From positions 1 to 5,687 of IMG/VR virus record IMGVR_UViG_3300045988_000173: a stretch of DNA of 5,687 nucleotides, one strand, 5' to 3'. This stretch comes from a virus. Shown one piece after another: positions 1-4,592 of the stretch; position 1 is the first letter of the stretch; each line of letters begins with the position of its first letter. The position numbers and the translations under genes are program-made. Below the pieces are notes generated by a model that was not told the DNA's origin, ran no database searches, and saw only the letters and a program-made list of their open reading frames with translations.

Positions 1-55
1 CAAGTCATTCAGACGTCCAGCACAGACTCGACGAGTCCACAGGGTAACACTGCAG
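1..55. repeat. Terminal direct repeat, copy 1 (identical to 5633-5687); signature of a circular contig overlap
   Basis: CAAGTCATTCAGACGTCCAGCACAGACTCGACGAGTCCACAGGGTAACACTGCAG occurs at both 1-55 and 5633-5687. The capsid reading frame is continuous across the implied junction. Confidence 0.95.
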
Positions 56-579
56 CATTCTCCATGACCACGATGAGCCGGAACATGGCAACATACAGCG
101 CAACGGAGCATGGCTTCATCATCGGTCTGGCAGCGGTGCGAGTTGATCACAGCTATCAGCAAGGCCTGTCCCGGCTGTGGACACGCAGCACACGCTTTTC
201 CTACTATGACCCGATGCTTGCAAACCTCGGTGAGCAAGCGGTGCTCAATCAGGAGATCTATGCACAGGGCAACGCCCAAGATGAAGAAGTCTTTGGCTAT
301 CAGGAAGCTTGGGCAGACTACCGATACCGGACAAACATGATCACAGGCGAAATGCGCAGCACCTACGCTCAGACTCTGGATGCTTGGCACTATGCCGACA
401 AATACAAAGAACTGCCAAAACTCTCAAGTGACTGGATTAAAGAAGGCACAGAGAACATTGACCGCACGATCGCAGTTCAAAGCGACAACTCCAGTCAATT
501 TATCTGCAACTTCTACTTCGACCAGACGTGGACAAGAGCAATGCCGATCTACAGCATCCCGGGCCTTGATACCATCTAA
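1..579 (+). CDS. VP1: Major capsid protein VP1, C-terminal part (5'-partial in this linearisation; stop TAA 577-579)
   Basis: Frame 1 is open from base 1 (QVIQTSSTDSTSPQGNTAAFSMTTMSRN...) and is the direct continuation of the 4589.. frame. Total length is 1044 + 579 nt = 540 aa plus stop. The M at 64 is an internal methionine, not a start. Confidence 0.93.
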   Translation, partial: QVIQTSSTDSTSPQGNTAAFSMTTMSRNMATYSATEHGFIIGLAAVRVDHSYQQGLSRLWTRSTRFSYYDPMLANLGEQAVLNQEIYAQGNAQDEEVFGYQEAWADYRYRTNMITGEMRSTYAQTLDAWHYADKYKELPKLSSDWIKEGTENIDRTIAVQSDNSSQFICNFYFDQTWTRAMPIYSIPGLDTI

Positions 580-591
580 GGAGGAAGCACA

Positions 592-1530
592 ATGGCAATC
601 GGGCTAATGGGCCTTGTCAAAGGCGGCCTAACTCTAGCAAACACATTATACAGCATATACAACAGCATAAAAGGGAGCACCTCCAGCGCAAAACAACAGG
701 GCACAATGCAAAACACAATCCAAAGCGGTACAACCATGGGAAACACCGCACAGGACACTACAAGCGCAGGTGGGAGCGTCCAGACCGGCAACACAAGCGC
801 ACTGGGAAATCTGCTGGCAACAGCACTCGGAACTCCGACCGGCAACAACGCTCAAAGCGCAGCGAACTTCAACGCAGCGAACGCAAAAACTGCCAACGAC
901 TTGCAGACCGGTACATGGATGATGGGCAATCTTCTCAACATGGGAAACACTCTGGCATCCAATGCAATGAGTGCAGCAAGCCAAACCAGCGCAATGCGGT
1001 ACAACTCAGCTGAGGCCAAAGCGCAAAGAGACTGGCAAGAGCGAATGGCCAACACGAGCTATCAAAGAGGCGTCGCAGACCTCAAAGCAGCGGGGTTGAA
1101 TCCTATCTTGGCAGCCTATAACGGCTATGGGGCGCAGACGCCATCAGGAGGCTATGGAAGTCTCGGTGGCGGTCAGACCTTCGCACACGCTCAGGCTCTG
1201 GCAGCACCAGCAGCCAAAAACGCGACCATGCAAGCAATGTATGACTACGGCAACAACACCGCACAGATCGTGCAGAACTTTCAGACGGCGATCAACAACG
1301 CAAAGCAAAGTTCTGACTACTGGACAGCTGAGCACCTCGAACAGATGCAACAGCAAACCGTAAGCAGCAGCGCAAAAACCGTGGGCCAGCTGGGCGAGCG
1401 AATGGACAGCACCACGCAGCAGGAGCAAGAAACCAAAGGCCACAAGTTCAAAAACGAAGGGCAACTTGACGCAAGCCTTGGAGGAAAAGGCCAGTTCAGC
1501 TTACTGCCGGGTCTTCCGATGTTGCCATAA
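592..1530 (+). CDS. VP2: Minor capsid / DNA pilot protein (gokushovirus VP2-like)
   Basis: AAGGAGG 578-584 lies 7 nt before ATG 592 and overlaps the VP1 stop. The protein has a hydrophobic N-terminus (MAIGLMGLVKGGLTLA), a long N/Q/T/G/A-rich low-complexity region, and the conserved block ERMANTSYQRGVADLKAAGLNPILA characteristic of microvirus VP2. It sits immediately after VP1. Confidence 0.8.
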   Translation: MAIGLMGLVKGGLTLANTLYSIYNSIKGSTSSAKQQGTMQNTIQSGTTMGNTAQDTTSAGGSVQTGNTSALGNLLATALGTPTGNNAQSAANFNAANAKTANDLQTGTWMMGNLLNMGNTLASNAMSAASQTSAMRYNSAEAKAQRDWQERMANTSYQRGVADLKAAGLNPILAAYNGYGAQTPSGGYGSLGGGQTFAHAQALAAPAAKNATMQAMYDYGNNTAQIVQNFQTAINNAKQSSDYWTAEHLEQMQQQTVSSSAKTVGQLGERMDSTTQQEQETKGHKFKNEGQLDASLGGKGQFSLLPGLPMLP

Positions 1531-1535
1531 AGTAG

Positions 1536-1564
1536 TTGACAAGGGGAGAAAAGAGGTGTATATT
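1536..1564 (+). promoter_or_regulatory. Sigma70-type promoter P1: TTGACA (1536-1541) - 17 nt - TATATT (1559-1564)
   Basis: Perfect -35, optimal 17-nt spacer and a 5/6 -10. It lies about 40 nt upstream of the RHH gene start and directly after the VP2 stop. Confidence 0.7.
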
Positions 1565-1602
1565 ATGAGTGTACTAATCACACACTTAGCTAGGAGGCTA
1601 GT

Positions 1603-1800
1603 ATGAGAACGCAAATCACGAAAAGATTTAATGTCAATTTGACACAAAAGGAAGAAAGAGCACTAGAGCTTCTGACGGAAGAATACGCTAATCGGAACTG
1701 GAAAGGAACCCAAAGCGACATCATCCGAGAGGCAATAGTAAGCTACTGCAAGGAATGTACCGGAATCGACATAAACAAATTCAGCAACATTTATCCATGA
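1603..1800 (+). CDS. Small ribbon-helix-helix (CopG/Arc/MetJ-like) DNA-binding protein, 65 aa
   Basis: AGGAGG 1592-1597 lies 5 nt before the ATG. The N-terminal KRFNVNLTQKEERALELLTEEY ... KGTQSDIIREAIVSY fits the RHH pattern: an alternating beta-strand, helix A, a G-x-T/S turn, then helix B. Compare CopG KRLTITLSESVLENLEKMAREMGLSKSAMISVALENY. Confidence 0.65.
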   Translation: MRTQITKRFNVNLTQKEERALELLTEEYANRNWKGTQSDIIREAIVSYCKECTGIDINKFSNIYP

Positions 1801-1829
1801 AGTTTTTTATGAAAACAGCAAAAATTGTG

Positions 1830-1874
1830 TCAGTAAGCCCCTATAAGATCAAGAGGCTTATAGGGGCTTACTGA
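1830..1874 (+). promoter_or_regulatory. Perfect 18-bp stem / 9-nt loop hairpin between the RHH gene and Rep
   Basis: TCAGTAAGCCCCTATAAG (1830-1847) is the exact reverse complement of CTTATAGGGGCTTACTGA (1857-1874), with loop ATCAAGAGG. No U-tract follows. The 3' arm abuts the Rep SD (AGGAGG 1876-1881). Confidence 0.85.
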
Positions 1875-1895
1875 GAGGAGGTGCAGCAAAACAAT

Positions 1896-3050
1896 ATGTC
1901 ATGCACAAGACCACTGATTAGATTCAGCGACGGAAGAGTCTGGAAGCTGAAAAAATTCCTAGAAGTCAACGACAAAGGGATAATAAGAGACTACTATGAC
2001 CAAGAAGCAGAAATCAAGAACGAAAAATATGTTTTAGAAGCTCTCAAGAGAAACCATGCGCAGCTGCTACCATGCGGACAGTGTCCAGCGTGCAAGATGA
2101 CAGCTGCATCAAGCTGGGCAAACAGAATGGAGATGGAACTGCCATATCATAAAAATGCGTGGTTTCTGACGCTGACATACGACGACGATCATGTACCGTG
2201 GAGCTACAATAACGAACTGGGCATAGACATAAACACAGGGGAAGTAACCGTAGAAAACCTCACGCTCAACTTCAAAGACCTGCAAGACTTCTGGAAACGC
2301 TTGAGAAGATACATGGAATACCATGGAATGGCAGAATATGAAATCATAGTGGAAGAAGACGGAACACAAAAGCTAAAGCCGAAATTCTGCTATTTCGCAA
2401 GCGGAGAGTATGGAGGTAAAACCAAAAGACCGCACTATCATGCAATCGCATACGATATACCAATCAAAGAAGACGAACTCAAAGTATACAAAAAGAAAAA
2501 CGGCATAGTCTACTACAATTGCGAATGGCTTAGCAAAATCTGGGGAAACGGTCATCTAGTAATAGCACCAGCTGAATGGAAAGCAATGGCCTATACAGCA
2601 AGGTACACCACAAAAAAGATATACGGCAAAGGAGCAAAAGAAAAGTATCTGGAAATGGGAATCCTTCCAGAAAAGTGCTTCATGAGCAAAAACCCGGCAA
2701 TTGGAACAAGATACTACTACGACCACGCAGCGGAAATCTACGAAAAGGACAAAATCCAGCTGAAAAACGGAAAAGTATGCAAACCACCAAGGTACTTTGA
2801 TAAACTCTTTGATTTAGAACACTCAGAAGCAAAACCACTATCCGATAAAGAAATAGAAGAAATGGAAGACACAACAATAAAAGCCGAATCTGAAGAACTG
2901 AAAGCAATCAAAAGAGAACGTCGCAGAATCGCAAACGACGCACTCTTTGCTCAGCTCAAGCAAACCGGCTTAACTATGCAAGAATACTATAACCTAAAAG
3001 ACGCAAAAATGCAAGAACGCTTTAAAAAACTTATCCGGGAGGAGATCTAG
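1896..3050 (+). CDS. VP4: Rolling-circle replication initiation protein (HUH endonuclease, Microviridae VP4 / gene A-like)
   Basis: Cys cluster CGQCPACK; motif I FLTLTYDD; HUH motif RPHYHAIAY; catalytic two-tyrosine motif AYTARYTTKK (Y-x3-Y-x2-K). The start is set at ATG 1896 (MSCTRPLIRF, a typical VP4 N-terminus). The track's GTG 1881 lies within the SD itself. The 14-nt spacing from the SD to ATG 1896 is longish, so the start remains uncertain. Confidence 0.93.
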   Translation: MSCTRPLIRFSDGRVWKLKKFLEVNDKGIIRDYYDQEAEIKNEKYVLEALKRNHAQLLPCGQCPACKMTAASSWANRMEMELPYHKNAWFLTLTYDDDHVPWSYNNELGIDINTGEVTVENLTLNFKDLQDFWKRLRRYMEYHGMAEYEIIVEEDGTQKLKPKFCYFASGEYGGKTKRPHYHAIAYDIPIKEDELKVYKKKNGIVYYNCEWLSKIWGNGHLVIAPAEWKAMAYTARYTTKKIYGKGAKEKYLEMGILPEKCFMSKNPAIGTRYYYDHAAEIYEKDKIQLKNGKVCKPPRYFDKLFDLEHSEAKPLSDKEIEEMEDTTIKAESEELKAIKRERRRIANDALFAQLKQTGLTMQEYYNLKDAKMQERFKKLIREEI

Positions 3051-3116
3051 CGCTCGCGCGGGGGTAAACCAGAGAAAACCGAAAGTCAGCATAAAGAACG
3101 GCCAATAGAGGACACT

Positions 3117-3152
3117 GGACGGCGTAGTCACGAAAAGCTACGCCGTCCTTTT
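3117..3152 (+). terminator. Rho-independent terminator downstream of Rep
   Basis: GGACGGCGTAG (3117-3127) pairs with CTACGCCGTCC (3138-3148) to give an 11-bp perfect GC-rich stem with a 10-nt loop, followed by TTTTCATT. It lies 67 nt after the Rep stop. Confidence 0.75.
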
Positions 3153-3201
3153 CATTCGGCGCACCAGCGCCGACCGGACGGCCATCTAGGAAAAATTCTG
3201 C

Positions 3202-3230
3202 TTGACAAGTGTATGTTTTAGGTGTATAAT
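3202..3230 (+). promoter_or_regulatory. Sigma70-type promoter P2: TTGACA (3202-3207) - 17 nt - TATAAT (3225-3230)
   Basis: Both hexamers match consensus perfectly with a 17-nt spacer. It lies about 40 nt upstream of ATG 3272. It shares TTGACAAG and AGGTGTATA with P1 at identical spacing. Confidence 0.8.
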
Positions 3231-3271
3231 AAAGATGTAAGAAGAGCACACCACAAAATAGGAGGCACACC

Positions 3272-3430
3272 ATGAAAAGCTACTATGAAGAAGAAGTTGA
3301 AAACTGTGCAGCAGCACTATATGACGGTGGATGGAGAAGCGAAGACCGAGAGCAGATAAAAAAAGAGTACAACATGGATGACGAATGGACAAACGCAATC
3401 TGTAAAAAACTCAAAGAATACGAAAGATAA
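3272..3430 (+). CDS. Small acidic hypothetical protein, 52 aa (below the ORF-track length cutoff)
   Basis: AGGAGG 3260-3265 lies 6 nt before ATG 3272. Hand translation: MKSYYEEEVENCAAALYDGGWRSEDREQIKKEYNMDDEWTNAICKKLKEYER, stop TAA 3428-3430. It has 14 D/E against 9 K/R. It has its own consensus promoter and sits between two terminator-like elements. Confidence 0.6.
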   Translation: MKSYYEEEVENCAAALYDGGWRSEDREQIKKEYNMDDEWTNAICKKLKEYER

Positions 3431-3433
3431 ACC

Positions 3434-3482
3434 AAAAAACGTGAGATTGACGAAAGTTGACCTTGCGTTTTTTTTTTTTTTT
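3434..3482 (+). terminator. Candidate intrinsic terminator: A6 - imperfect hairpin with GAAA loop - T15
   Basis: AAAAAA (3434-3439), then an imperfect stem 3440-3451/3456-3467 closed on a GAAA tetraloop (3452-3455), then 15 consecutive T (3468-3482). The stem needs several G-U pairs and has one mismatch, so it is weak. The long U-tract is the main argument. Confidence 0.4.
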
Positions 3483-3490
3483 GGTAAAAT
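3463..3490 (+). promoter_or_regulatory. Candidate promoter P3 for the structural-gene operon: TTGCGT - 16 nt (mostly T15) - TGgTAAAAT extended -10
   Basis: TG at 3482-3483, one base, then TAAAAT 3485-3490 fits the extended -10 TGnTATAAT. A weak -35 TTGCGT lies at 3463-3468. A better TTGACC at 3457-3462 would give a 22-nt spacer. It is followed by a leader of about 100 nt and then a run of SD-led genes. Confidence 0.4.
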
Positions 3491-3594
3491 CGACATGAGG
3501 GGACTGGCAGCGAAATGTAAAGGAGGAATGCTCTGCCTCCACTGTCAGAAACCTTCTATTTGCACAAAAATATGAAAAGAAAGGAGGTGCTGCC

Positions 3595-3738
3595 ATGATA
3601 ACTTTGAAAGACATCCGCGGGATTTTTAATCAGCTGAGGAAGATCCTTGCGATGCTGGACAAGATCTATCACACCATAGGACTGGATAAGGAGGAAGAAT
3701 ATGGCTCACAGAATGCCGGTCAATCCAAAAAAGGATAA
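3595..3738 (+). CDS. Small hypothetical protein, 47 aa, heptad-repeat (coiled-coil-like) N-terminal helix and polar tail
   Basis: AAGGAGGT 3581-3588 lies 6 nt before ATG 3595. Translation: MITLKDIRGIFNQLRKILAMLDKIYHTIGLDKEEEYGSQNAGQSKKG, stop TAA 3736-3738. Hydrophobic residues fall at 7/10-11/14/17-18/21/24-25/28. It overlaps the next gene by 38 nt. Confidence 0.5.
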   Translation: MITLKDIRGIFNQLRKILAMLDKIYHTIGLDKEEEYGSQNAGQSKKG

Positions 3739-3820
3739 GAGAATCTTCACCAATACCGCAAAGAAGACGAAAAAAATCAACGTCAATCCGAAGCCGTCGC
3801 GCGGCGGCATCCGTCTGTAA
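3701..3820 (+). CDS. Small highly basic DNA-binding/packaging protein (phiX174 J-like / gokushovirus ORF8-like), 39 aa
   Basis: AAGGAGG 3688-3694 lies 6 nt before ATG 3701. Translation: MAHRMPVNPKKDKRIFTNTAKKTKKINVNPKPSRGGIRL, stop TAA 3818-3820. It has 12 K/R in 39 aa, and the KR.F..TA ... RGGIRL C-terminus is typical of microvirus DNA-condensing proteins. Confidence 0.8.
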   Translation: MAHRMPVNPKKDKRIFTNTAKKTKKINVNPKPSRGGIRL

Positions 3821-3832
3821 AGGAGAATCATC

Positions 3833-4096
3833 ATGGAATTTCAGGTATACGCAGTAAAAGACGAACTGTCTGGTATCTTCGGCAACTTGATGGTGGTCAA
3901 CGAAAAAGTGGCCGATCGGACCTTCAAATGGATGGCACAGGAGATGGAGAAAGCCGACTGTGAGGATAAGCGAGTCTATCTTCTGGGCAAGTACGACAAC
4001 GAAAGCGGCCAGATCAAGCCGCTGGCGCTGCCGATGCTCATGTACAACATCGAACTCATGAAAAAGGAACAGCTCAATGAAAGTAAGAATCTTTAA
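3833..4096 (+). CDS. Conserved microvirus nonstructural protein (gokushovirus VP5/ORF5-like), 87 aa
   Basis: AAGGAG 3820-3825 lies 7 nt before the ATG. The pattern M.F.VYAVKDE.SG.FGN.M...N...A.R.F ... Y.LG.YD.E.G.I resembles the small ORF5-family protein found beside VP3 in gokushoviruses. This assignment is by pattern memory only. Confidence 0.6.
   Translation: MEFQVYAVKDELSGIFGNLMVVNEKVADRTFKWMAQEMEKADCEDKRVYLLGKYDNESGQIKPLALPMLMYNIELMKKEQLNESKNL
4019..4034 (+). repeat. 16-nt perfect direct repeat, copy 1 (CCGCTGGCGCTGCCGA), inside the VP5-like gene
   Basis: Identical to 4116-4131. With flanks, 19 of 19 positions match except one (AAg/AAa). Here it reads PLALP in the 3833 frame. Confidence 0.9.
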
Positions 4097-4592
4097 GCCC
4101 TACGAGGACGAAAAACCGCTGGCGCTGCCGAACAACCCAGGCAACCGGTTTGAGCCGGAGTACAAAGAGCGGTACGACGACCGAGGACAGCCGTATCTGG
4201 AAAAAGTGGGCGAAGTGGACACCTACGAGAAAATCCAGAGCTATAAGGACGAATGCGACGTCATGACAATACTGAGCCGGTACGCTGCCGGCGACGAAAG
4301 CGTGCTGACAAAACCGGGCTGGTACATCGACACCAGCAAGCTACCGCAGACCTACACCGAATACCTTAACCTGATAAAAGAGAAACGCGAACAGTTCGAC
4401 CAGCTGCCGCTTGCTATCCGGGCAAAGTTCAATATGAACGTCGAAGAATGGATGGCAACCGCAGGTGAAGAAAGCTGGATGAGCAAGATGGGCTTCAAAA
4501 TTCAGCAGGATCAGAATGAACAAAAAAAGCCCAATAAAAAGCCCAATCCAGACACGGATGAAACTGTGCAAAAAGGAGAAAACAAGGAATGA
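4077..4592 (+). CDS. VP3: Internal scaffolding protein (gokushovirus VP3-like), 171 aa
   Basis: Blocks YEKIQSYKDECDVMTILSRYAAGDESVL and QLPLAIRAKFNMNVEEWM match the VP3 scaffold family pattern. It lies immediately upstream of, and is translationally coupled (ATGA) to, VP1. It overlaps the upstream gene by 20 nt. The SD is weak (AAGGAA). Confidence 0.85.
   Translation: MKVRIFKPYEDEKPLALPNNPGNRFEPEYKERYDDRGQPYLEKVGEVDTYEKIQSYKDECDVMTILSRYAAGDESVLTKPGWYIDTSKLPQTYTEYLNLIKEKREQFDQLPLAIRAKFNMNVEEWMATAGEESWMSKMGFKIQQDQNEQKKPNKKPNPDTDETVQKGENKE
4116..4131 (+). repeat. 16-nt perfect direct repeat, copy 2 (CCGCTGGCGCTGCCGA), inside VP3
   Basis: Identical to 4019-4034 and 97 nt downstream of it. Here it reads PLALP in the 4077 frame, which is shifted +1 relative to copy 1. 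Confidence 0.9.
4524..4547 (+). repeat. Perfect 2 x 12-nt tandem repeat AAAAAGCCCAAT in the VP3 C-terminal tail
   Basis: 4524-4535 equals 4536-4547. It encodes KKPNKKPN in the low-complexity basic tail of VP3. Confidence 0.85.

Noticed and set aside
1-55. The 55-nt terminal repeat as a biological direct terminal repeat, att site or mobile-element end
   Set aside because: The coding frame runs straight through it, and microvirus genomes are circular. An exact end overlap of k-mer-like length is the usual signature of a circular contig from a de Bruijn assembler.
565-571. CTTGATA resembling the phiX174 origin core (CAACTTGATATTAATAAC), and CTTGAT on the complement of the 1848-1856 hairpin loop
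   Set aside because: A 7-mer is expected by chance about once in a genome of this size. The flanking sequence does not match the phiX174 origin. The hairpin-loop copy is on the wrong strand for + strand nicking.
64-579. The 171-aa ORF as a stand-alone gene
   Set aside because: The frame is open upstream to base 1 and joins in phase, via the 55-nt overlap, to the ORF that starts at 4589. It is the C-terminal third of the capsid protein. There is no SD before ATG 64.
1603-1800. The RHH protein as the antitoxin of a toxin-antitoxin pair, or as a lysogeny repressor
   Set aside because: No toxin-sized partner ORF lies adjacent (the next gene is Rep), and no integrase or recombinase exists anywhere in the genome.
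1881-1895. GTG 1881 as the Rep start (track ORF 1881..3050)
   Set aside because: The GTG begins on the last base of the AGGAGG SD (1876-1881), leaving no spacer. The in-frame ATG 1896 gives the typical MSCTRPL N-terminus. The longish 14-nt spacing leaves some doubt.
3378-3575. 65-aa + strand ORF crossing the T15 tract
   Set aside because: It has no SD. It starts inside the better-supported 52-aa gene in another frame, and it reads the T15 tract as a poly-Phe run. It also spans promoter- and terminator-like elements.
3528-3575. 15-aa Cys-rich mini-ORF (MLCLHCQKPSICTKI) after AGGAGG 3521-3526
   Set aside because: Only 1 nt separates the SD-like sequence from the ATG, which is too short for initiation. 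GGAGG (3522-3526) can instead pair with CCTCC (3536-3540) as a leader hairpin.
3727-3732. The A6 run in the overlap of the 47-aa and J-like ORFs as a programmed frameshift or transcriptional slippage site
   Set aside because: The heptamer is C-AAA-AAA, not a canonical X-XXY-YYZ. A -1 shift leads to the third frame, not the J frame. The J-like gene has its own strong SD and ATG. A6 is short for transcriptional slippage.
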